A stretch of 63,821 nucleotides of DNA, filler included, from Folioceros fuciformis (lineage: Eukaryota), in NCBI GenBank assembly GCA_049999805.1. It is 7 parts of 7 records of this genome, joined end to end, with 100 filler letters (N's around TTAATTAATTAA, not from the genome) between each part and the next. Parts side by side here need not be neighbours in the genome. Positions count along the whole stretch, not along the records: positions 13,202 to 31,097 come from JBNGIO010004407.1; 6 more parts are not named here. The stretch is one strand, 5' to 3'. Below, one piece after another: positions 13,564-25,104 of this stretch. Position 1 is the stretch's first letter; each line of letters opens with the position of its first letter. The notes beneath the pieces are model-generated. The model was not told where the DNA came from and did not search any database. It saw only the letters and a program-made list of their open reading frames with translations. The translations under genes and the position numbers were made by a program.

Positions 13564-15064
13564 TTAGGAGGAGCCTTTGGCGCACCATTTGCCTCCGTGA
13601 ACTGTGAAGATAAAGGGGTTCTCGCAATCAAAATCAAATCCGTAGTTTCTGGCCAAGTTGAGCAAACGGTTAACGATAGGCATGGGCAGAGTGGTCTTGC
13701 GCGACAGTACGAACACGGACTTGGTCACCGCTCCCGACGGACCCGGTTGGCAACTCACTACCAGGGCGGCGTCGTACCCGGACGCCGCTTTGCCCGTCGC
13801 AGCCGCTATCCAGTATGGCCCCGTGGCGGTCTTCTGACCGGGTTGCATGAAGTGCACGGTTAGCTTACCCGGGGAGGTACGGTTCTGCACGCCCACGCCC
13901 AACCCGAACGCCTCAGTGAGCGGCCGGGTATCGTCGGCGGCTACCAGTTTGCTGCCGCTGGAGACGGCGAAGGNNNNNNNNNNNNNNNNNNNNNNNNNNN
14001 NNNNNNNNNNNNNNNNNNNNNNNNNNNNNNNNNNNNNNNNNNNNNNNNNNNNNNNNNNNNNNNNNNNNNNNNNAGCTTTCCGGCCGCAAACGGGTTTCTT
14101 GGGAGCAAGGTTTCCGCGGCGGAGATGAGACGGGAGCGGGATGAGTCGATGGATTCCACGTGCTCCTCTAGGGATAGGGCCTGGAACTTGACCTGCGAGG
14201 CCATTGCTCTGAGGCGCTGCAGCTGGAATGCCTTCTTTCCGTCCCCTTGCAGTAGTTTGGAGTCTCGCTGTTGGACCTGACGGATCTTGGATTCCAGGTC
14301 GTTCAGTCCCACGGCCAGGCTGCGGACGGCATTCTCGATTGTGGATATGGCCGCTGTGTACGTGTGGACGGAGCTTGTTTGGAGATGCCCCGTCAGTGCG
14401 ATCACCTGGATTGGATTCAAGACGAGGAAAAGTGGGATCAGGCATGTCGTGGAGTGGTTCTGAACGGGCCAGGGTTTAGAGGAGGGAGGTAGGGTTTTAC
14501 CTGGGAGAGCGCTGTTGAGATGCGGCCGGTAGGTCCTAGCTCAGAACAAATTGATCGGGCTGCGTTGCAAGCGCCGACGGATCCGAGATCGATTTGAGAT
14601 ATGCCAACCTTGGCAAGCGGGCCGACCACCTGCGTACGGGTGGAGCCAGCACGGTTGGTGAAGTATGCATCTGTCCTTTCTTCCTTCGTTGGTGGAGGAG
14701 AGTGAGAGCATTTTTCACTTGGAGAATGCATGAGCTAGGGTTATACCTGGACTCCCCGGTTCTTGACGCCAATGGTGATGCCAGATGTTGAATTTGCCGA
14801 CTTGGTGAAGGTGTAGTTGGCCGATACGCAGGTAACTCCTTCCTGGGAAAGCTTGAAGCGAGCAGTGCTACCTATCTCGTACCACACGCCGGTGTAGGCT
14901 TTCAGATCGATGGAGTCGAAAGTTGGAGGGTCAGGGCATGTTGCTGGGGTGAAGGAACGTGTGCACCATGAGGATGCAGCAAAGTTGGACGGCACCAACG
15001 ACAGGAGCAGGCATAATGCAGCCACCAACTTGGAGGTCCATGCGTCAGTGCCGAATTGTGCCAT
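13564..15064 (-). CDS. Secreted lipocalin (ApoD/Blc-like) with a large helical insertion; exons 15064-14747, 14629-14501, 14405-[gap 14073-13974]-13564
   Basis: Signal peptide LVAALCLLLSLVPSNFA and SCR1 CPDPPTFDSIDLKAYTGVWYEIG, then CVSANY. The C-terminal half reads PGKLTVHF..GPYWI..YDAALVVSC..VFVLSRK (SCR3). Two phase-0 GT-AG introns keep the frame. Confidence 0.82.
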
Positions 15065-18000
15065 CCAGGAGTGGGAGTATCTCCTAGCGGAGAGACTATC
15101 GTCTGGTGGAGCATGCATATGGAGAGAACTGAAAGAGGTCAGAATTTGAATAGAGACCTGTGGCAAATCGATTGCATTCGCGTAACAATACGATCCTCTA
15201 ATCAGTCACACATGAAGACGGTGCTAGCACATACCAGTTCGGTCCAGTGCGCTGCCTGACTCCCTGCACCTCATCTTGTTGCCTCCGACCCCAGCATTGC
15301 CTGTTTTCCCTCCCAATTGTCACCATGTGGACTGCAGTGGTGAGCAGCCGTCTGCATTGTCTAGGAACGAAGAAGCCAATCTGCTCAAGCAAACCATCTG
15401 CCTTGTATTGGAGAGACTGACTGCAGGGGTTGTCTGAAGCTTGAAGCCGTTGAAGGTCTGGCAACGAAGACCCTCGGACTCCTTGCTGGGACTTCAATTA
15501 CGATGATCCTTCAGCAAGGCTGACGCCCTGCTTTTTATTGACTTGGTCTCTCTCTTTGATACTGAGCTGCTAACATTCCTTTCTCCCAGGTGCTGAGAAG
15601 GTCTCCAGCCTCTCTCCTACGCAGTGAAGACAACAACGAGGAAGAGAGAGGATATGTTCATGCCATGAATGGTGGTACATATATGGGCAACAGCATGGGG
15701 CTACCGCGCGGGGATACCACAGTCACAATCACCTCCTGCTCAGTCAGATCCATGGCAATGTTGCTTGTTCTGGCGCGGGAACAACATAGTCATTAATGCT
15801 GGGTGGAACCCTGTGAGCGTGGAGTGTCCTTGAAGTGCAAGCAGGTGGGTTTGATATATCAGGATGGCAAAGAAAACTTCAGAGCTCAACGGCCTGCACC
15901 ATTACTCCGAATCTCATGGTTTGCTTCCCCTCCCTTTGATTTTGTGTCCGTCACCTTATCGCAACCCCGTACGTGCAGAGACATCGCTCATTCTTGACAC
16001 AGTACATATGTCTGACAATTTTGTGAAGAGGGGGCGGCCAACGGCGCGGGACACTTGGAATGCGGGTCGGCTCCATCCAGCGTGGTATTTCGCACGGAGT
16101 TGTGATGGATGTAAAACTCGTTCACATGTGCAGGATAGAAAGAGAGGTGTCGTACATGGACCGTTGCTGGGTCAAGGTTACGAGACGGGGCTCAGGGGCA
16201 AACTGTACCAGCTGACAGGCCATGGAGGCTTAGGTCACCTTATTGCGAGCGCCAAAGATGCCAACGCTCTAACTCCTCCATAAAGCCGGGTTACCGTTCT
16301 TTCCCACTGCTCTATTTAATGCTGCACATAAAAGTGATTCCGTTGCCTAAGTTCCCTAGATAAAGCTGAAATAAATAATATGTAGCTTACCAAATTCCTG
16401 ATTCCTTTAAGATAACATGATTTATATTATACCTGTGTCGTATCCTTTGAAAATATCTCCCAACTGGAGTTCATATTTTGGAATAAATTATCTGCTGGTT
16501 AAACTACTGACCTAAAAAAAAAGCAGTAGTTTTTTTGTCATGACTTGGATAAATCTCGAATCTATGTTAGACTTATTGCATCAATTTTGATATTATTTAT
16601 ATAATTAAATAATAATTTTAAAAATGTATAAAAAAACCATCTCCTTATGATACCATAATGTTATGAAATTAGTATATCCACTTGCAACTTTAAGCTATGA
16701 CAACATTTGCACAAAAAATTATGTAGAGATTTGGGAGAACCAATTAAGAGTTTCTATGAAATAAAAGATTCTTTTATTCCAAGCGAATTTCAAGATTTTT
16801 ACATGTTCATCGGTTAATGATTATTTACTACTCATATCTAAATAATCCTATGAATAAGAGGATTTTCATTAGAATAAATTTCACACCATAATAAATATTC
16901 TAGAGTTGAAGTGACTTTGCATTTTCAATTCAAAGTATAAACATAAATGTTCTACACAGTTTGTCATATGGGACACCAACGTGGAAAACATAATCACTAT
17001 TCTTGAAAAAGTATTATTTTCTGAAGCATAAACATAAGCACAAGTTTATTACAATTGAAAGAAGTTATGAACAAAAGAGAAGAATATCTTGTTTGAAAAA
17101 TCTATTTAATTTTTAGTTTTTTTTTCTATGTATGCTACATACATCTATGGGAAAATTTAATTTTGCATAATTGGAGTAATTATAAAATTAGATCGTGACA
17201 CAATTCTTTAATCCTCTGGCAAGGAAGATATTTTTGAGCGAACATTCTTAATCATTTCAAGTGGGCGGTGGTGGTGGGCAACTCATGTGTCCAAGTGCTG
17301 CTCTAAATATTTATTATTTAGGGTAGCCTCATTGAAATTTTGGTCATCTTCTAGACTAGGCTCTTTCTAAGGACCTAGGACAGTGAGATACTGCACTTGG
17401 AGTAGCATAAGGAGTAGGATAGATAAAGTATGTAACATTCCAAAAGTGGGATTGGTTTCTCTTTGTGAGGAATCTTGGGTTCTCCTTTATGCATCTTGGC
17501 TTTTTGGAAAGTTGTCCCCGAAGTCATGGAGGAGATGTTTGGCTCTTGGGTGTCCTAAACAAAGACTTGGTTCTTGTGATAGAACATTACCCTTGTTACA
17601 CATGTGAACTGAAAAGAGAACTAGTAGAACAAACTATTCAGATCTGAACAGTTGTCAACTCTATCCCTTAGTAGTGGGCAGAGCATGTTATGGAGTGGAC
17701 TTGGGGTAAAGAATTCATGCACACGTGTGGAGAGAACACGTGCACATGCCATGCCATGGCAGTTCACTTAGGCATGCAGAAAGTCAAGTGCTATTATGGT
17801 GGGGACAATGGTTTAAAAGAACAGAATAGTTAGTTAACTATGTAGAAAATGGTCGTTGTTTTCAGGAAACGCCGCGGAGAAATGTTACACACATTGCTCT
17901 GGTGTCGTTCGTGTGTTCAGTTAGAAAATGTTTGGTGGAGGAGCGGGAGACGGAGCTGGACCGGGAGAGGATCAGGGAGAGGGAGAAGAGCAGGGAGAGG

Positions 18001-18301
18001 GAGAGGGAGGAGGAGAGTCGTGTTGTGAGAGTCGTCTGGGTTGCAGGGACCACGCCGAACTTGTGTTCAAACAAAAGTGGAAGGATAGACAGAGATGGCA
18101 GGCAGGGGTGGGGTAAGATTGCGAGCAGATGCACTGCATGTGTGGTTTGTCACACACATTCGCCAAGTCAGGTCTGGAGAGGAAGCGAGGAAAGCCTAGG
18201 GTCAGGGCCAGGGCCTGGGCCAGAGGCAGGGCCTGGGCCTGGCTCCGACAGCAAGCGGATGGCGTCTTTGGACAAGCGCCACGAATTCGTAACACTCCAC
18301 A

Positions 18302-18397
18302 TTAGAATAGGAGGCAGGCGGTATCTTTGCCGTAGTGCATGCCGCATCCTTGTGCAGTTAGAATAGCAGGCAGCGGTATCTTTGCCGTAGCGCATGC
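18302..18397. repeat. Direct repeat (2 x ~40 bp) upstream of ABCC gene
   Basis: TTAGAATAG.AGGCAG(G)CGGTATCTTTGCCGTAG.GCATGC at 18302 and 18358. Confidence 0.75.
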
Positions 18398-18988
18398 ACC
18401 AGAGCGTCCAATCGAGCTGAAGCAGCAACCAACTCGCACGATGCGCTATTTCCTTAGAAGTTGCTGCCACGCTATATATATGTCCCGTCGGCCCCGCACC
18501 CGTAGGTTGCTTCGGGCGGTGTCGAATCAGGATGACTCGTTTCAGCGCGGGACGATTTCTGCACGGCACTTCCTCACGATTCAGATTCGATCGCCTGTCA
18601 CGAACGGGAACCTGCCCCGCCACTTTCGTCCGTGAGGTAGAGCTCGTAGCAGCAGCCAGTGAGAGGGCGACGATGCTGCACTCTGGCCCCCGGCCGCCCT
18701 TGTTGATAGCACGTCCACGTGCATTTGCCTCTTCTTTGCTCCTGGTGTTATCATCCTGTCCGGGATGCACCTCCCAGGTGTCTCTGTTCTTGGGCGGTGC
18801 ACGAGTGCCGGAGAAGGCTCTGCAGGCGGTGTCTGTGCTTTCCCCACAGACCTTTGCCTGCAGGCTGGGTGCTAGATTTTGTTGGGGCCGGGGCCAGCGC
18901 AGGGGGAGGGTGTGGCCAGGGGGTAGCTAGACTACTGATAAGGATTCGGGAAGGAAGTTTCTCTCCTGTCTGGTTTGGGAGTGGTGGG

Positions 18989-21900
18989 ATGGATTCTGAG
19001 CACAAGGATGCCACCGACGTGCATGACGGGGAGCAGTTCCGGATGCCCACAGCTGGACCCAGCCCCGAGCTGCGAGCAAACATTATCAGCTGGCATCTCT
19101 GGCTGTGGGTGTACTCGCTGGTGAAGACGGGGAATAAAAGACCTCTTCAGGCAGAGGATCTGTACGATCTGAATCCGAAGGAGACGACCGGCTACTCCGA
19201 AAAGCAGTGGAAGGGTGCCATCGGGAGAAATCAGCGCGGAAATAATGGGAGGGGGCTCCCGGTGTGGACTCTGCTGTTTTCTTCTCTTGGGAGGGAGTAC
19301 TTTCTGGCATCGTTGTACAAGCCGGTGTGGCTGGCCCTGGTGTTGCTGCAGGTGTATGTGCTCAAGGCCCTGGTGACGAGTGCTGAGAAGGATAGGCATC
19401 TGCAATGGTGGTGGGGCACGTTGCTGGTTGTTGCCATGCTGGTGACGTCTACTGGGATGAGCATCACCCAGCACTCTTGTTTCACGCGCAGCCAGAAGGT
19501 GGGCATGAAGGTGCGGTCTATCATGGCCTTGGCGGTGTTCGAGAAGGTGTTGGCCATGAAGTCTGTGGCCTTGGCGGAGAGCAGCAGCGGCCAGATGCTG
19601 AACCTGGTGACCAATGACACGCAGAAGGTGCTGGATGCTGCCATGTACTTCCATTTCGTGTGGTTTTCGGTTGTGGAGATCGTGGTGGTCGCCGGCTTCT
19701 GTATCTGGGAAGCTGGAGTGAGTGCGATTCCAGGGGTGGTGTTGGGGCTCTTGACGCTGCCGTTGCAGGTCTGGATGGCCCGGGCCGTCGGGAGCCTGAG
19801 GAGCAAGGCTGTGAAACTGACCGATGCCAGGGTGAGGATGGTGGCGGAGATCCTGACTGGAATCCGGGTCGTCAAGTACAATGGCTGGACTTCGGCGTTT
19901 CTGCAGCAGGTGGAGGATCTGCGGAAGGCGGAGCTGCATTGGATCAGGAGAACTGCCTTCTTAAGGTCGTGCACGTCGGCTATAAAGGATTCTGTGACTC
20001 CGTTTGCGACGTTGGCCACGTTCGGGACCTACGTGGCTTTGCATCATGGGAACCTGAACCCGAGCAAGGCGTTCACCATTCTTGCTCTGTTCAGCGTGCT
20101 TGTGAGGACTTATTCCATCGCACCCACCGGGGTACAGGTCTTCGGAGAGGCTCTCATTTCTATGAGTAGGCTGCAGTCACTGCTTGACCTACCGAATGGG
20201 AATTCGGATGAGGAGACGATGGAGCGGCTCAAGAAAGTTTACGGGCCTGCTGTTGCTCCCAAAGAAGCCGTTGCCGCAGTTGGGTGCAATTTCTCCTGGA
20301 ACGTCAGTGACATTCCCGTGAAGAGCTTTTCCAAGGATCGGTCTGGGAGTGGAAGCCTGAGAAGGAGCGGGAGACGGATTTCTAGTAGCTTCCGGGGAAG
20401 CATGAGCCTGAGGATAGCAGATGAGGATGCTGTTGACCTTCAGCTGCAACGGTCTTTGTCGGATGCTGCTGGAAAATATATCTTGAACAATGTCAACATG
20501 AAGGTGGAAAAAGGTGATTTGGTGGCTATTGTGGGGCCTGTTGGAAGTGGGAAAAGCTCCCTGCTTCTTGCCCTGTTAGGAGAGATGCGGACTCTGAGTG
20601 GGGTTCATTACACTGACGGGAGAGTTGCGTATGTGCCTCAACAGCCATGGATATTCAACGGAACGGTGAAAGACAATATCCTCTTCGGACACCAGTACAA
20701 TGACGAGAGGTACAGGCGAGTCCTATTTGCTTGTGCTCTGGAGCACGACCTCACCCAGTTTGAGGCTGGAGATCGCACAGAGATCGGGGAGCGAGGGATA
20801 AACTTGAGTGGGGGGCAGAAGGCAAGGATCAGCTTGGCCCGTGCCTGCTACAGCGATGTGAATATTGTGTTTTTGGATGATCCTTTGGCCGCTGTGGATG
20901 TGCCAACTGCGAAGCACTTGATGGTGCATGTCTTGGGTGGAGTTCTCAAGGGAAGGACAGTCATCCTTGTTACCCACAACAGGACTTCCCTCCAATATTG
21001 CAATAGGCTTTATCTCATGGAAAATGGTCAGCTCCGAAGCATGACGAAGGAGGACATCTTGAGGCACAGTGCAGCCCAGGGCATGACAGAAACAACGGAC
21101 GAGGATCAGACCGCACAGACGACAGAAGCTGACGAGGCAGAGCTGCAGGAGGAGACAGATGCAGGACCGGATGAAACAGGAGAGCAGGTTGGTCAGCGAA
21201 ACCCCCAGGCCAAGACGGACCACGATTCAGCAGATGCAGAAGGGCGAACTCGGGATGGGGATGAGAAGCCCAGCAACAAGAAAGGAGGCAAGGGGGCCAT
21301 CACAGTGGACGAAGACAGAGTACAAGGAGTGGTGGGCTGGTCCAACTTCGTGGCTTACGTCAGAGGTGGGGGCCGCGGCCTGTGGGCAATGGTGGTAATA
21401 GGCTTCGGCCTGGCACAATCAGTGCGAGTCATGGTGGACTACTGGCTGAGTGCGTGGGTGGACAGAAAGTATGGACTCAATACAAAGGTATATATCATCA
21501 CATACGCTGTCTTCGCGACAGGTGCGCTGTGCCTCTCTCTCTGCCGAGCCCTCCTCTTCACAGAAGCAGCAATTCGAGCAGCCAAGCAGATGCATTCGGA
21601 CATGGCTGAGAAGGTCTTCAGGTCACCTCAGCTTTTCTTCGACCAGAACCCTGTTGGCCGGATAGTGAACAGGTTCAGCAAAGACCAAGCACTTGTCGAT
21701 GAGTTGCTTCCCTTCACGGCCTTCACCACCGCAGAGAACTTGGTGGGCTGTCTCGGCTCACTTGCCATAATCGCGGTTCTCATCCCCTGGTTCATATTCG
21801 TCATGCCACCATTCATCATCGGCTTCTTCTTTCTGCAGCGTAGATACATGGTGGTATCCAGAGAGCTCAAGAGGCTAGACGGCGTCTCTCGGTCCCCGAT

Positions 21901-23116
21901 GTACGAGCACATTGCACAGACCCTGGCAGGAGTGACGTCAATGCGGGCCTACGGGGTGGGATCCCGAGCCCACACACGTTTCATCGCTCTGGTTGATGCT
22001 AATCACCGGCCATACATCCTGTTCGTACATGCTGGACGCTGGCTGGGCATAAGGCTGGACGCCCTCGCCGCTATGTGCGTTACAGTTGCCGCCCTCCTGG
22101 TGGTCCTGCTCAGACACAAGCTTGGTCCAGGAACAGCCGGAGTTGTCCTGGTACAGGCCCTGCAGCTCACTGGCTTCTTCCAGTATGGTGTCCGCATGGC
22201 TGCAGAGACCGAGAACTACTTTACCAGTGTAGAGAGGATCCAAACATACGCCAACCTCTCAACCGAAGCAGATCCCCACACACCTCCAGGAGTGATCCCA
22301 GAGGCCTGGCCCAGCACAGGTGCCATCGAATTCTCGGATTACACCATGGCCTACAGGGAGGACTTGCCTCCGGTGCTGAACAACCTCTCCTTCTCCGTCC
22401 AGCCAATGAAGAAGGTGGGCATTTTAGGGCGCACCGGAGCCGGCAAGTCCAGCCTCGCAGCAGCCCTGTTCCGCATGGTGGAGAACAAGGCTTGCTCCGG
22501 CACCATCCTAGTGGACGGCATAGACATCAAATCCGTAGGCTTAGATGACCTCCGGCAACGCTTGTCTATGATCCCCCAAGACCCCGTCCTCTTCCGAGGC
22601 ACAGTCAGAATCAACCTGGATCCCTTCAACCAGCACGCAGACGAGGATATCAACGAGGCCATCCGCAAAGTGCACCTGAAGAAGAAGATCCAGAGCCTGG
22701 ACAGCATGGTCGAGAGCAACGGGGAGAACTTCAGCGTAGGCCAACGGCAATTACTCTGCCTTGCCAGAGCCCTCCTCCGCAAGTCCCGAATAATCGTCAT
22801 GGATGAGGCCACAGCTGCTGTGGACGGAGAGACCGACCAACTCATTCAAACAACAATGCGTGAGGTGTTCCGAGACTGCACTGTCCTCACAATCGCGCAC
22901 AGAATCGAGACAGTGATCGACTCCGACCTACTCCTGGTGTTGGCCAAGGGCGGGCGTATTGCGGAATTCGACTCCCCCGCCAACCTGCTACGCAAGGCTT
23001 CCGATACGGAGGAGCCGGGAGTGTTCGCCAACATGGTCTTGCAAAGCGGGAAGCTCATAGCCGCCCAGTTGATGCAAGCGGCAGAAAGGGGTCGCCCCGA
23101 GCCGAGCCAGTCGTGA
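18989..23116 (+). CDS. ABC transporter C family (MRP-type, no TMD0), intronless, ~1375 aa
   Basis: TMD1-NBD1-TMD2-NBD2 layout. Lasso-like KRPLQAEDLY; NBD1 GPVGSGKSS, LSGGQ, FLDD; FFDQNPVGRIVNRFSKD; NBD2 GRTGAGKSS, FSVGQ, VMDEATA. First ATG is at 18989. Confidence 0.95.
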   Translation: MDSEHKDATDVHDGEQFRMPTAGPSPELRANIISWHLWLWVYSLVKTGNKRPLQAEDLYDLNPKETTGYSEKQWKGAIGRNQRGNNGRGLPVWTLLFSSLGREYFLASLYKPVWLALVLLQVYVLKALVTSAEKDRHLQWWWGTLLVVAMLVTSTGMSITQHSCFTRSQKVGMKVRSIMALAVFEKVLAMKSVALAESSSGQMLNLVTNDTQKVLDAAMYFHFVWFSVVEIVVVAGFCIWEAGVSAIPGVVLGLLTLPLQVWMARAVGSLRSKAVKLTDARVRMVAEILTGIRVVKYNGWTSAFLQQVEDLRKAELHWIRRTAFLRSCTSAIKDSVTPFATLATFGTYVALHHGNLNPSKAFTILALFSVLVRTYSIAPTGVQVFGEALISMSRLQSLLDLPNGNSDEETMERLKKVYGPAVAPKEAVAAVGCNFSWNVSDIPVKSFSKDRSGSGSLRRSGRRISSSFRGSMSLRIADEDAVDLQLQRSLSDAAGKYILNNVNMKVEKGDLVAIVGPVGSGKSSLLLALLGEMRTLSGVHYTDGRVAYVPQQPWIFNGTVKDNILFGHQYNDERYRRVLFACALEHDLTQFEAGDRTEIGERGINLSGGQKARISLARACYSDVNIVFLDDPLAAVDVPTAKHLMVHVLGGVLKGRTVILVTHNRTSLQYCNRLYLMENGQLRSMTKEDILRHSAAQGMTETTDEDQTAQTTEADEAELQEETDAGPDETGEQVGQRNPQAKTDHDSADAEGRTRDGDEKPSNKKGGKGAITVDEDRVQGVVGWSNFVAYVRGGGRGLWAMVVIGFGLAQSVRVMVDYWLSAWVDRKYGLNTKVYIITYAVFATGALCLSLCRALLFTEAAIRAAKQMHSDMAEKVFRSPQLFFDQNPVGRIVNRFSKDQALVDELLPFTAFTTAENLVGCLGSLAIIAVLIPWFIFVMPPFIIGFFFLQRRYMVVSRELKRLDGVSRSPMYEHIAQTLAGVTSMRAYGVGSRAHTRFIALVDANHRPYILFVHAGRWLGIRLDALAAMCVTVAALLVVLLRHKLGPGTAGVVLVQALQLTGFFQYGVRMAAETENYFTSVERIQTYANLSTEADPHTPPGVIPEAWPSTGAIEFSDYTMAYREDLPPVLNNLSFSVQPMKKVGILGRTGAGKSSLAAALFRMVENKACSGTILVDGIDIKSVGLDDLRQRLSMIPQDPVLFRGTVRINLDPFNQHADEDINEAIRKVHLKKKIQSLDSMVESNGENFSVGQRQLLCLARALLRKSRIIVMDEATAAVDGETDQLIQTTMREVFRDCTVLTIAHRIETVIDSDLLLVLAKGGRIAEFDSPANLLRKASDTEEPGVFANMVLQSGKLIAAQLMQAAERGRPEPSQS

Positions 23117-24793
23117 ACACTTGACCACCTAAGGTATCATATCAACACTTCCCCAACGTATGTACCTGTAGCCCATAATTCTACCTATAGCACGAGAATC
23201 CTTACTTCCTTTGTCTAGCAGCATCCACCATTCCGCATGGTCCATTCCGCTGCCCATAGCATGAGACTCAACGTTTCCTTGCACCATCTAGCATTCACAA
23301 CCTTACATGCCCAGAACGATTGTACCACGAATCGTGGAATCGTGAAACAAATGTGATTAAACGTCTCCTCCAGAGCTGGCGGTGACGCCGAGAACAGTGT
23401 CCTTGGATAACGATGGCCAAAAAACAGAATGAAATCTGCGCAGCATGAAATTTGCAAAACCCACGAGTCTTGCACCTGACGTTCACTCACCTTGACCTTT
23501 TCTCATCCGGCAGGCCCGCCGGGTGCCATCTGGGACGATAACGGGGACCACCTCAACCTGGCCATCAAAGTGCTCATAGCCCGCTGCCCAGCACAGGAGG
23601 AGGGAACCGGTACGAGGCCACAGGCCAGACCAAGTTCGGGAGCGCGGATTTTGTGAACGAGATCCTCAAGGACTCGGCATCCGTGCCCTGCTCTTCCCAA
23701 AATAGGCAGCGGCATCTCCAGCATCACTGTGTTGCTCACAGGCAACTCGCAGGGCAGGAGGAGAGGAGTGTTCCCCGACGGGCGGCCGGGTTCAGGGACA
23801 GACAACGCAGACCATTGGATCCCATGAGGGTTGGTTAAAGCATCGAATCTCAGGAGAAGCAAGCGTTCTATCGTCGAGGATGTAACGTACATTCTACAAT
23901 CCGTGAGCTGAAATTGTCGCGTGAGAGTATGTCCAGTGTGCGACGAAGACTTATGATAATCTACGGAAAACTTAACTTATTTGATAAAACCCTAACCTAA
24001 AGCCCTAAAAAGAAAATTGTATCACACGCAGGCAGACGAAAACTCCATGTGACGCTTTAGTGCTAGGTGTCCTATTAAACATGCATATGTTGGATGCTCC
24101 ATGCTACGCCATTGAAGAAAACATGCATATGTTGTATGCTTTATACTATCCCTGTATTATTAAAGGTGCATATATTTCATGCTTCATGCTGGATGCTTCA
24201 TATAAAACTCCAACAAGAGTGGCTTGTCTTGTTGAAGGAGATGCATGGGTAGCATGCTTCATGCAAAATTGCTCCTTCAAGAGTGGAGTGGTGGCAACTA
24301 CTTAAACTTGGCGAGATAATTGGTGGTATTAATGGCAGCTATGTAGTTAAGATTTGCTTAGGGGACATATAAGGGCTAAGGTAGAAGTTCTAAATACACT
24401 TGTTGTTTTAGTGGGAGACTAAGTTGTGAGTTTTGTGTGTAGAGATTGGATAGCAAACTTTTTAGAGAGTCAAGGATAGTAGCATTTGGGCCTACATCTC
24501 TAGACTCTATTGTGTTAGTGTTCTCAATAAAAAGTAGCACCTTGTGATTGTCAAGTCATCAATGGACCACATACAACTTGAAGCTTGATGTTGTGTAGTG
24601 TGCTTGAGTGTGTTGAGAGTTGTATGCTGGTTTCTTACAAAGGGAAGGCACTTTCTTACAAGATTGCATGAAAGGGAGGGATTGGAACATATATTGTATA
24701 AGTAAGGCAGCCTTCATGCAACCCATGTTAGGACCTTGACATAGGTTGGCTTTCCAAGGCTTCATACTTCTTCATTTCACCCCTCAAGAACTA

Positions 24794-24937
24794 CTAAACA
24801 ACTCTAAATGCTCTCAGCTAAACAACTCTAAATGCTCTCAACTGAACAACTCTAAATGCTCTCAACTGAACAACTCTAAATGCTCTCAACTGAACAACTC
24901 TAAATGCTCTCAACTAAACAACTCTAAATTCTCTTAA
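24794..24937. repeat. 24-bp tandem repeat x6
   Basis: Unit CTRAACAACTCTAAATGCTCTCAR, head-to-tail with no spacers. Confidence 0.95.
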
Positions 24938-25104
24938 CTCGCATAACATGGCACTAGACTCTAAGCACCCACATGCTCGTGGTTTTCTTTTTAATCTAAA
25001 GGCTTACACAATAGAGTTTGGCCATTTACATGCAACTGGCCATTGCCTTGACAAATTTGCTTTCAAAGCTCTCCACAACTATCTCTGTCTCCACTCAAGT
25101 TTAG

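Noticed and set aside
15200-16300. Exon-like GC-balanced sequence upstream of the lipocalin
   Set aside because: I could not build a consistent spliced ORF or recognise a domain.
16300-17270. AT-rich island as a DNA transposon or organellar insert
   Set aside because: No terminal repeats, TSD or coding homology visible.
17902-18366. RE-rich and GP-repeat ORF
   Set aside because: It arises from GA-rich and GGGCCT low-complexity DNA and has no ATG start.
18719-18988. N-terminal 90 aa of the 1465-aa ORF
   Set aside because: It starts at a non-ATG codon and has no ABCC-like or TM character. The ATG at 18989 is preferred.
18932-22845. Long antisense and alternate-frame ORFs over ABCC (likewise over the HSPA12s, kinase and NFS1)
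   Set aside because: These are shadow ORFs caused by GC-rich codon usage and have no recognisable motifs.
24794-24937. LNNSKCSQ repeat peptide or CRISPR array
   Set aside because: It is a simple minisatellite. The ORF stays open only because the unit length is a multiple of 3.
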